A stretch of 64,000 bases of DNA, taken from positions 1 to 64,000 of the forward strand of contig CAWJBB010000087.1 of assembly GCA_963840855.1 (NCBI GenBank), in the 5' to 3' direction. Source of the DNA: an uncultured delta proteobacterium. Lineage in GTDB: Bacteria > Desulfobacterota > Binatia > UBA9968. The notes beneath the pieces are model-generated. The model ran no database searches, was not told the DNA's origin, and worked only from the letters and a program-made list of their open reading frames with translations. Below are positions 51,882-59,959 of the stretch, piece by piece. Both the position numbers and the translations under genes were made by a program. Position 1 is the stretch's first letter, and each line of letters opens with the position of its first letter.

Positions 51882-53018
51882 ATGAATCGCACGAGGCAAC
51901 TATTTCTTGTTTTGGTCATGTTTTTCACCATCGGCGTCTCCGCTGCTATGGCGGCGCAGGCCGACGCCTGGAAGGCGGATTGGGAGAAAACCCTTCAAGC
52001 GGCAAAAAAGGAGGGGCAGCTCGTTTTATACGGCAGCGCCGATTTTGAAATCCTGTTCGCCGAGTTCCACAAAAAGTATCCCGAGATCAAAGTGGTCGGC
52101 GTCTATGGGCGGGGCGCCGACGTGGCCAAGAGATTTATGTCGGAGCGGCGCGCGGAAAAACACCTGGCCGATCTCTACGTCAATGGCATGACCACCGGTT
52201 ACAACGTCTTTTATAAAGCGAAAGCGCTCGATCCGATCCCGCCGTTGCTGGTTTTGCCGGAAGTAACCGACCTGTCGAAGTGGTGGCGGGGTAAACATCA
52301 TTATGTCGATCCGGAGAACCAATATCTGCTCAACATCAACGGCGAAAATCGCATGGTTGTCGCCTTCAATACCAAACTGGTGAACCCCGCTGAAATTAAA
52401 TCGTACTGGGATTTGCTCAATCCCAAGTGGAAGGGCAAGATCGTCGCCTACGATCCGACGCTTGGCGGTTCGGGCGACGCCATGCGCTTTTTCTATCACA
52501 GCAAGAGCCTTGGGCCGGAGTTCATCAGAAGGATTCTCACGGAAACGGACATTGTGATCAGCACCGATACGCGTCAAATGGGCGATTGGTTGGCAGGTGG
52601 GAAGTTTGCACTCTCGATTTTTGGGCCGGTATCGCGCATGGATCTGGACTTGATGCAAATCCAGGGGCTGCCTGTGGGTTGGTTCAAACCAGATCATTTG
52701 AAGGAAGGGTCGTATATCACCGCCGGATCCGGCGGCGTCGCGCTGATCAACAAAGCGCCGCACCCTAACGCGGCGAAGATCGGCCTCAACTGGTTGCTGT
52801 CGCGGGAGGGGCAGATTGCGTATCAAAGATTATTTACCCAGGGAAACGACGGCCCGGATTCACTGCGCATCGATATTCCGAAAGACAAAGTGCCGCGCGG
52901 CAACCGCCGCCCGGAGGGCGACGAGGATCGCTATCCCTTCGTTGACCGCGCCGAGTGGATGGACCAGGCGCCGATCAGCAAGTTCGTGAGAGAAGTATTG
53001 GAGCAGCGGAGGAAATAA
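51882..53018 (+). CDS. ABC SBP, paralog family copy 7
   Basis: Shared family motifs; CxxC absent (LSIFG). Confidence 0.88.
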   Translation: MNRTRQLFLVLVMFFTIGVSAAMAAQADAWKADWEKTLQAAKKEGQLVLYGSADFEILFAEFHKKYPEIKVVGVYGRGADVAKRFMSERRAEKHLADLYVNGMTTGYNVFYKAKALDPIPPLLVLPEVTDLSKWWRGKHHYVDPENQYLLNINGENRMVVAFNTKLVNPAEIKSYWDLLNPKWKGKIVAYDPTLGGSGDAMRFFYHSKSLGPEFIRRILTETDIVISTDTRQMGDWLAGGKFALSIFGPVSRMDLDLMQIQGLPVGWFKPDHLKEGSYITAGSGGVALINKAPHPNAAKIGLNWLLSREGQIAYQRLFTQGNDGPDSLRIDIPKDKVPRGNRRPEGDEDRYPFVDRAEWMDQAPISKFVREVLEQRRK

Positions 53019-53089
53019 TTTTGGATCTGCGATTTTGGATTTTGGATTGGGGAAGGGAACGCACGCAGGGATATTCGCTTCGCGGTGTT

Positions 53090-54310
53090 ATGTGTCTGTC
53101 CGGCAATCGAAAACCTGTCCTGAGCGAAGTCGAAGGATCTAAGACCTGTACTACCTTCGATAAACTCAGGCCCCGAGCCTGTCGAGGGAAGCTAAGTCGA
53201 AGTATCCAAAATCTAAAATGGATGGGGCTGGTGATCACATACCTCGTTACGGTTGTGTCTGCCTCGTTCGCAGCGGAAGCGCCTAAGTGGAAGGAAGAAT
53301 GGCAGCGGGTGGTGGAGGCGGCTAAGAAGGAAGGGCAGCTCGCGCTTTACGGCGGCCAAGAGATCACTCATCCGGACATTGTTGCCGCGTTCAACAAGGA
53401 ATTTCCGTTTATCAAGGTGATCTCGGCGACGGGCCGCGCCGCTGATCTAATGACGCGCATCGTTGCTGAGCGGAGAGCGGATAGATATCTCGCCGACGTT
53501 ATGGCTAGCGGGCCCAACGGGCCGCGAATGCTCTATCTCGGTAAATCGCTAGATCCCATCGCGCCGGCATTTATTCTTCCAGAAGTGATCGATGGCTCAA
53601 ATTGGTACGGCGGCAAGCACTGGTACGCCGATCCGGAGAATCAGCATATCTTCATGTTCGAAGGAACGATCAACAGCACGGGGCTTTCGTACAATACGAA
53701 GATGATGAGTCCCGGCGATATCAAGTCGATCTGGGATCTGCTCGCGCCGAAGTGGAAAGGCAAACTCCTAGGCATGGACCCGCGCAGCTCGGCCCCGCCG
53801 ACGCCGGTCCTGATTCTGTATCACCGCGCGGATGTCGGACCAGAATTCGTGCGGCGACTGTACAAAGAAACCGAGATCACGCTTTTCCGCGATCGAGCCC
53901 AGGGAACGAATTGGCTGGCGAGCGGGAAGTTCCCGCTGTGTCTCCTCTGCCGCGATATTGACAAAGCCGCCAAGCAGGGACTTCCCGTGGAAGACATTGC
54001 GCCGGACCAACTAAAGGAAGGCGCTTCGATCGGCGGCGGTGGGAGCAGCGTGGTCGTCCTGATCAATCGCGCGCCCCATCCCAATGCCGCGCGGGTGTTT
54101 ATCAACTGGTACTTGTCGCGCCAAGGCCAGACGGTTTGGCAGAGCGTCATGAACAAGAAGGAAGTGGAAGCATCCGATTCCATGCGCATCGATATTCCGA
54201 AAGACGACGTGCTACCGGAAGCGCGGCGGGTCGAAGGGAAAAAATACAGCGTGGTGGGGTTTCTCGATCCCGATCCGGTGCAGAAGCTGTTGCAGGACGT
54301 ATTGAAATAG
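53090..54310 (+). CDS. ABC SBP, paralog family copy 8 (start 53090 or 53222)
   Basis: Shared family motifs; LCLLC; 5' end overlaps repeat elements. Confidence 0.85.
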   Translation: MCLSGNRKPVLSEVEGSKTCTTFDKLRPRACRGKLSRSIQNLKWMGLVITYLVTVVSASFAAEAPKWKEEWQRVVEAAKKEGQLALYGGQEITHPDIVAAFNKEFPFIKVISATGRAADLMTRIVAERRADRYLADVMASGPNGPRMLYLGKSLDPIAPAFILPEVIDGSNWYGGKHWYADPENQHIFMFEGTINSTGLSYNTKMMSPGDIKSIWDLLAPKWKGKLLGMDPRSSAPPTPVLILYHRADVGPEFVRRLYKETEITLFRDRAQGTNWLASGKFPLCLLCRDIDKAAKQGLPVEDIAPDQLKEGASIGGGGSSVVVLINRAPHPNAARVFINWYLSRQGQTVWQSVMNKKEVEASDSMRIDIPKDDVLPEARRVEGKKYSVVGFLDPDPVQKLLQDVLK

Positions 54311-54319
54311 GAAAAGAAT

Positions 54320-54445
54320 TAACCACAAAGAACACATAGAAAAGATTGTAGGGTAGGGGCGGACCTGCGTGTCCGCCCTCCGAACTGCCCGGAGCCGGTG
54401 TCGGAGCGGAGATTCATCACGAAGCGCACGAAGGAAGCACGAAGT
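54320..54445. repeat. Cluster of partial palindromic elements
   Basis: ACCACAAAGAACACA; GTAGGGGCGGACCTGCGTGTCCGCCC hairpin; CACGAAGCGCACGAAGGAAGCACGAAG. Confidence 0.6.
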
Positions 54446-54560
54446 GAATAATTCGCCCACCCGTTACGGAAGATAGGAAAGGGTGAGGCTTGACGGCGAT
54501 GCGCTGCACCCCATTCTCCCGCCGTGCGGGCGAGGCGAAAGGATAGCGAAGGAGAGAAAT

Positions 54561-55502
54561 ATGTCAGAGCAAGCGACGATGGAAATTCGCGGCTTTTACC
54601 GGTCGCACTCCCATCTACCCATTTGGGAAGTCATGGATAAGGCGGGAATCTGGGAACAAAACGGGTTAAAGGTAAGTTTCGAGTTCTGCGACAGCTCATC
54701 CGCGGCGGAAAAAGCGCTGTTCGGCGGCGACGTCGATTTTGTTTCGGGCAATCACATCTCGCCGTATCTATTGGTCAAGCGCGGCCAGCCGATTGTGTGT
54801 CTTACCTCACCCTCGAACACGACTAACGATAGGTTGGTGACGAACTTTCCGATCAAACAAGTCTCGGAGCTTCGTGGCAAGAAGATCGGCGACACCACAT
54901 TGGTTGACTCCATTGGCGGCTATCATCACCCGCGCGGCAATCATATGCTCTACGTCATGGCCGGCGGCTTGCGCCTCGATGAAGTGGAATTCGTCGAGCT
55001 GACGGAATCGAACAATGAGTTTCGCGCGATGCAGATGGAGGTTCTCAAATCTCGCAAAGTCGATGCGATTTTTGTCACCGGCAACACGGAAAAGTTCGAG
55101 CAGGCTGGCATGACGGTCTTGCCCCTCGACCGGCTGCCTATGATCAACGGTCCGACGCTGACATCGACCCTCACGACGCTGCAGAAAAAAACCGGGCTCG
55201 CGGAACGATTGGTAAAGGCGCAGGTGATGGGAATTCACTTCGCGCGCACCCGCCGGGGAGAAACCGAAGAGATTCTCGCAGGGCTCAGGCAAAGAGTGCC
55301 GGAGTGCAAGAACGTTCAGTATCGGAGCGTTTCGAAACTCCTGCCCAAGCCCTATCCGGACCATGAGGCGGTGGCGAACGCGTACAAGCTCTGTTGCTTG
55401 AAAAACCCGGAGGCCGAAGAGATGAGCCCGATGGCGTTGTGGGATCTACATTACCTGAGGGAGCTGGACAATTCTGGATTCATCGATGAATTGTACAAGT
55501 AG
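54561..55502 (+). CDS. SsuA/THI5 (NMT1)-like periplasmic-binding-fold protein without signal peptide
   Basis: GIWEQNGLKV...GDVDF...ELRGKKIG...KVDA pattern; AAGGAGA RBS; polar N-terminus. Confidence 0.7.
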   Translation: MSEQATMEIRGFYRSHSHLPIWEVMDKAGIWEQNGLKVSFEFCDSSSAAEKALFGGDVDFVSGNHISPYLLVKRGQPIVCLTSPSNTTNDRLVTNFPIKQVSELRGKKIGDTTLVDSIGGYHHPRGNHMLYVMAGGLRLDEVEFVELTESNNEFRAMQMEVLKSRKVDAIFVTGNTEKFEQAGMTVLPLDRLPMINGPTLTSTLTTLQKKTGLAERLVKAQVMGIHFARTRRGETEEILAGLRQRVPECKNVQYRSVSKLLPKPYPDHEAVANAYKLCCLKNPEAEEMSPMALWDLHYLRELDNSGFIDELYK

Positions 55503-55548
55503 TGAAGTGTCTCAAAATTTCAGTCACATAACCGGAAGGCCCTCTGTT

Positions 55549-55804
55549 CGTCATTCCCGCCCTTCGGCAGGGCTCAGGACAAGCTCCAGCGGGAATCCAG
55601 AAGTCCCTGGATTCCGGCTCATGCTTCGAAAGCTGGGATCGCCAGCTTGGCCGGAATGACGGATCAAGGATTTTCAAAGAACACACCGGAAGGGAAGTGG
55701 AGCGATTGCAGAGAGCCGTCATTCCCGCGCATGCGGGAATCCAGGTCTATTTCGTAGTTCAATCGGAGAATTGGACCTGGATGCCCGTTTTCGCGGGCAT
55801 GACG
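55549..55804. repeat. Two tandem REP-like GTCATTCCCGC elements, first with nested insert
   Basis: 55549-55661 contains CCTTCGGCAGGGCTCAGGACAAGCT; 55717-55804 reads GTCATTCCCGCGCATGCGGGAATCCAGG...CCTGGATGCCCG...CGGGCATGACG. Confidence 0.78.
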
Positions 55805-55911
55805 CAAGGGAATTATGCGATGCGGGTGGCCCCTGGGTTAAGGCTGCGATACGCCCGGATTGACTTCGCATACCCCATAAGAAATATACTGTGGGCGCCC
55901 GCAGGTTTCAT

Positions 55912-57105
55912 ATGAGGAAGGTGAATATGATCGCATTGGCAGTGACAGTTCGGAGATTTTCTCAAGCAGCGCTGATGGTTGTTGGTTTGGTTTCGCTGGC
56001 CACCACCGCATCCGCTCAATCCGATTGGCAAAAGGAGTGGGAAAAAACTCTTGCCGCGGCCAAGAAAGAGGGGCAGGTCAATATTTATATTTACCGCTAC
56101 GAAGGACTGCTCCAGGACTTCAAGCGCGACTATCCAGGCATTAACGTGGTCTCCGTCACGGGCAGGGGCAACGAGATGACCAATCGGATCATCGCGGAAC
56201 GGCGGGCAGGCAAGTTCATTGCCGATGTTTATAGCGGCGGGACGAACAGTCTTTATAACACTTTATATAAGGGCAAGGCGCTCGATCCGCTCAAACCGGC
56301 GCTGCTGCTGCCCGAGGTCACGGACACTTCAAAATGGTACGGTAACGAGCATCGTTACGCCGACCCGGAGAACAAATATATTTTTGCTTTCATCGGCAGC
56401 CCGAGTAACGCCCAGTTGGCGTACAACACGAATCTGGTCAACCCCAAAGAATTCAAATCTTACCAGGATGTCATTAATCCCAAGTGGAAGGGCAAGATCG
56501 TCTCGCTGGACCCGCGCGACACGGGGCTGGGCGCGACGATGCAATTTTACTATTACAGTCCGGAGATCGGGCCGGAGTTCATGAGGAAGTTTTTCGGCGG
56601 CATGGATATTACATACGTTAAGAATTTTCGCCAGATGACCGATTGGCTAGCGCAGGGAAAATTTGCTATCTGCATGGGTTGTAAGGACTCCATGAGGGCC
56701 AAGAACCAGGGGCTTCCGGTGGATGATTTCGATACCAACCGGTGGAAGGAAGGGTCGAGCTTTTCGGCGGGCGGCGGCTCGCTCGGCTTGATGAATCAGG
56801 CGCCACACCCAAACGCCGCGAAAGTTTTTATCAATTGGTTCCTCTCGCGCAAGGGGCAGATTGCTCTGCAAAGGCTTGGCGACGTGGATGATCCTGCCAA
56901 CTCGCGGCGGATCGATATTCCCAAGGACGATCTTCCGCCGGACGCGCGGATGCAGCCGGGAGTCAAGTATTTCGATGTTGTAAAACCCGAATATGGTGAT
57001 ATGAAACCGATTTTCGACCTGGCGAAAGAAATCATGGCCGGTGTCGAAAAAGATAGGGTTCTTCACTCGAACACGGGGATTTACTCGCGCCAAGGCGCAA
57101 AGTAG
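55912..57105 (+). CDS. ABC SBP, paralog family copy 9
   Basis: Shared family motifs; ICMGC. Confidence 0.88.
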   Translation: MRKVNMIALAVTVRRFSQAALMVVGLVSLATTASAQSDWQKEWEKTLAAAKKEGQVNIYIYRYEGLLQDFKRDYPGINVVSVTGRGNEMTNRIIAERRAGKFIADVYSGGTNSLYNTLYKGKALDPLKPALLLPEVTDTSKWYGNEHRYADPENKYIFAFIGSPSNAQLAYNTNLVNPKEFKSYQDVINPKWKGKIVSLDPRDTGLGATMQFYYYSPEIGPEFMRKFFGGMDITYVKNFRQMTDWLAQGKFAICMGCKDSMRAKNQGLPVDDFDTNRWKEGSSFSAGGGSLGLMNQAPHPNAAKVFINWFLSRKGQIALQRLGDVDDPANSRRIDIPKDDLPPDARMQPGVKYFDVVKPEYGDMKPIFDLAKEIMAGVEKDRVLHSNTGIYSRQGAK

Positions 57106-57193
57106 CCAAGTTCGGAGGGGAAAGATGAATAGTCTATCAGAAAAGTTTCACCGTTATCGTCCGACCTTTGCGGCCTTGGCGCCTTTGCGCGAG
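57084..57193. repeat. CGCCAAG/CGCAAAG-unit inverted-repeat element
   Basis: CTCGCGCCAAGGCGCAAAGTAGCCAAG...CTTTGCGGCCTTGGCGCCTTTGCGCGAG; contains the SBP stop codon. Confidence 0.75.
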
Positions 57194-57288
57194 ATATTCT
57201 GAATTTCGGTTGCGGCCCTGCCGCGCTGGGTCTCTGTGGTGAATACGCCTTCACTGGAAACCCAGAAGAGCCAAAATAGGAGCGCAAT

Positions 57289-58458
57289 ATGCTCACACGC
57301 GAAGAAAATGAGATGTTGACGCGAGTCGGGCGCGGCACACCGGCGGGCGAAATGCTGCGGCGCTACTGGATGCCGGTTGCGTGCGCCGGAGAGCTTACCG
57401 ATGAGAAGCCGATTAAAGCCTTTCGGCATTTGGGTGAGAATCTCGTTGTCTTTCGCGACAAGAAGGGGCGCTATGGCGTTGTCGCGGAGCAGTGCTCGCA
57501 TCGCAAAGCTTCGCTGGCTTTTGGCCGCGTCGATGAAGAAGGAATTCGCTGTCCCTATCACGGCTGGAAGTATGACTGCACGGGAAGATGCCTGGAGCAG
57601 CCTGCCGAGCCTGAAGAGGGCGGGTTTAAGGATAAGATCAAACAGACGGCGTATCCGGCGGAGAGGTTAGGCGGATTGATATGGGCTTACTTGGGACCGG
57701 AGCCGAGACCGTTGCTGCCGCGCTGGGATGTGTTGGTGTGGGAGGATGGCAAACGCTGGATCGAAAAGCACGAGATCTATAATTGCAACTGGCTCCAGCC
57801 GATGGAGAACTCGGTGGACCCGTCGCATCTCTTTTGGCTGCACGGCGATACGGCGCACCTGGTCGGCACTACCGTGGATCACTACGAGGAAGAGCATAAC
57901 TTCATCCCGTTCGAATACGGCATCATCAAACAACGGCGTACGCCGGGCAGAAAGCCCGGTGAAGGTCCCAAGCTCGATCAACATCCGCTGGTTTTTCCAA
58001 TCACGCTGCGACATGTTTTCCGCGCGCTAAAGACCGACGGATTATTTCGCCACAACTTGCAGATACGCGTGCCCGTGGACGACGCGCACACGCAGGTTTT
58101 CGTAGTCTATTTTACGCCCGTTGACACCGATCGCTCGCCCGCCGACGCCGATACGCCGTGGGAGTATTTTCCGATTCGGGATGAGAAAGGTGAGTATCGT
58201 CTCGAGCATGTGCTGGTGCAGGACGCGATGGCGTGGGAAACCCAGGGGGCCCCTACCGACCGCACGCAGGAACATCTCGGCGTCGGCGATGAAGGAGTTA
58301 TCCTGTTGCGCAAAATCCTGCGCGAGCAAATCGAGATCGTGCGCAAAGGCGGCGAACCTCTCGGCATCGTGCGCGATGCTAGTAAAAATCAGTTGATCGA
58401 GTTCGACGTGATCAACGAACGCGTCGGTCTATTTGGCCGGCAGCAGAAGGTGGCGTAA
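57289..58458 (+). CDS. Rieske oxygenase alpha subunit
   Basis: CSHRK...CPYHGW; ENSVDPSHLFWLH; QDAMAWETQG. Confidence 0.9.
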   Translation: MLTREENEMLTRVGRGTPAGEMLRRYWMPVACAGELTDEKPIKAFRHLGENLVVFRDKKGRYGVVAEQCSHRKASLAFGRVDEEGIRCPYHGWKYDCTGRCLEQPAEPEEGGFKDKIKQTAYPAERLGGLIWAYLGPEPRPLLPRWDVLVWEDGKRWIEKHEIYNCNWLQPMENSVDPSHLFWLHGDTAHLVGTTVDHYEEEHNFIPFEYGIIKQRRTPGRKPGEGPKLDQHPLVFPITLRHVFRALKTDGLFRHNLQIRVPVDDAHTQVFVVYFTPVDTDRSPADADTPWEYFPIRDEKGEYRLEHVLVQDAMAWETQGAPTDRTQEHLGVGDEGVILLRKILREQIEIVRKGGEPLGIVRDASKNQLIEFDVINERVGLFGRQQKVA

Positions 58459-58475
58459 GCGCGCGCGCCGCGCGC

Positions 58476-58619
58476 GGTTCAAGGTTCCGGGTTCAAGGTT
58501 CAAAGTGGCGCCTGCGGCGCGGTTCAAGGTTCCGGGTTCAAGGTTCAATGTCCCGTCCCCACCTTGAACTTTGAACCTTGAACGTTGAACAGGCGACATT
58601 GAACATTGAACGTTGAACC
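58476..58619. repeat. Heptamer-repeat element, left copy
   Basis: GTTCAAG/TTGAAC units with GGCGCCTGCGGCGC and CCCGTCCCC spacers. Confidence 0.8.
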
Positions 58620-58644
58620 ACACTATCCCCAGGAGGTATTTCTT

Positions 58645-59748
58645 ATGGCAACTGACCAGCGGCCGGATGATTTAAAACCCGGCAGAACCGACACCTACAA
58701 AGAATGGCAGGCGGCGCAGAACATCCCGGTGATTGGCGGCTTTTTTGTCAAGGACGTCAACCAAGTCGAATTGGCGCCTTGGGACCTAAAAGGCGGCAAC
58801 GCGGCGTTCGTGGTTCTCGACGGCACGGGCGGCGTGAACGACGCGCAGATCGTGGAGATCGCGCCCGGTGGCAAACTTAAACCGCAGAAACATCTCTACG
58901 AAGAAATGGTTTACGTGACCAAGGGGGTTGGCGCGACGACCGTATGGCAAAAGGACGGCAACAAAAAACACACTTTTGAATGGGGGCCGGGAAGCCTTTT
59001 CGCCATTCCGCTCAACTCGCGCTACCAGCACTTCAACGCCAGCGGCACCGACACCGCGCGGTATTTTTCCGTGACCAACTGCTGTTTCATGGTCAATCTG
59101 TTTCACAACGTGGAATTTGTTTTCGGCGACGAGTGGGAATTTCTCGATCGTTTCGACCCCCGCAGCGAAGGCTATTTCAGCGGCAAGGGCGAGGTTTTCG
59201 GACGATTCTTCATGACGACGAATTTTGTCCCGGACACGCACACCATCGGGCTTGCCGACTACAAAGAGCGAGGCAAGGGCAGCACGAACATGAAGTTCGA
59301 TCTCGCCAAGAACACCATGGGCGCGCATATCTCCGAGTTTCCCGTGGGCACCTATAAGAAAGGTCACCGGCATGGTCCCGGCGCCCACGTGATCATTCTC
59401 AGCGGCCAGGGATATTCGACCCTCTGGCCGGAGGGCGACGAGATGCGCCGCGTGGACTGGGGGCCAGGCAGCGTTGTCGTGCCGCCCGACCAGTGGTTCC
59501 ACCAGCATTTCAATTCCGGCGCCAAACCGGCGCGCTATCTCGCGCTGCGGTGGAACAATTGGCGTTTCCGCTTCATGCGCATGCAAGACGGCGAAGGCAG
59601 CACCTACACCAGCGTCAAGCAGGGCGGCGGCCAGATCGAGTTCGAAGACGAAGACCCTGCGGTACACCGCGACTTCGAAGCGGCGATGCGGAAAGTCGGC
59701 GCTAAGTGCGCTATGGGCTCGTATCATCCGGGTTGCACGGTCAAGTAG
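58645..59748 (+). CDS. Bicupin, gentisate 1,2-dioxygenase-like
   Basis: AGGAGG RBS; PQKHLYEE; GHRHGPG...WFHQHFN; close paralog of 33042. Confidence 0.82.
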   Translation: MATDQRPDDLKPGRTDTYKEWQAAQNIPVIGGFFVKDVNQVELAPWDLKGGNAAFVVLDGTGGVNDAQIVEIAPGGKLKPQKHLYEEMVYVTKGVGATTVWQKDGNKKHTFEWGPGSLFAIPLNSRYQHFNASGTDTARYFSVTNCCFMVNLFHNVEFVFGDEWEFLDRFDPRSEGYFSGKGEVFGRFFMTTNFVPDTHTIGLADYKERGKGSTNMKFDLAKNTMGAHISEFPVGTYKKGHRHGPGAHVIILSGQGYSTLWPEGDEMRRVDWGPGSVVVPPDQWFHQHFNSGAKPARYLALRWNNWRFRFMRMQDGEGSTYTSVKQGGGQIEFEDEDPAVHRDFEAAMRKVGAKCAMGSYHPGCTVK

Positions 59749-59765
59749 TCGCGCGTGGCTACTGC

Positions 59766-59899
59766 TGTTCAAGGTTCAATGGCTTCGCCTGTTCAACGTT
59801 CAAGGTTCAAAGTTCAAGGTTGGGGACGGCTCATTGAACCTTGAACCTGGAACCTTGAACAGCGCCGCAGGCGCCACGTTGGACCTTGAACTTTGAACC
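59766..59899. repeat. Heptamer-repeat element, right copy (inverted relative to 58476)
   Basis: Near reverse complement of 58490-58596, including GGGGACGG and GCGCCGCAGGCGCC spacers. Confidence 0.8.
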
Positions 59900-59959
59900 A
59901 GTAATCACAGGTCCATTGCCTTCGAGCGGCGGGTTCGCGCCTCGATTTGCCGAGTTGAT

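Noticed and set aside
54561-55502. Assignment as 4,5-dihydroxyphthalate decarboxylase
   Set aside because: The context is suggestive, but I cannot recognise family-specific motifs.
39378-57105. Diversity-generating retroelement diversifying the SBP array (RT amid variable paralogs)
   Set aside because: The RT has group II intron motifs followed by domains V and VI. No template/variable repeat pair with adenine-specific differences was seen, and paralogs differ throughout their length.
58476-59899. CRISPR array
   Set aside because: Units are 7-9 bp tandem repeats without unique spacers of regular length, and no cas genes are present.
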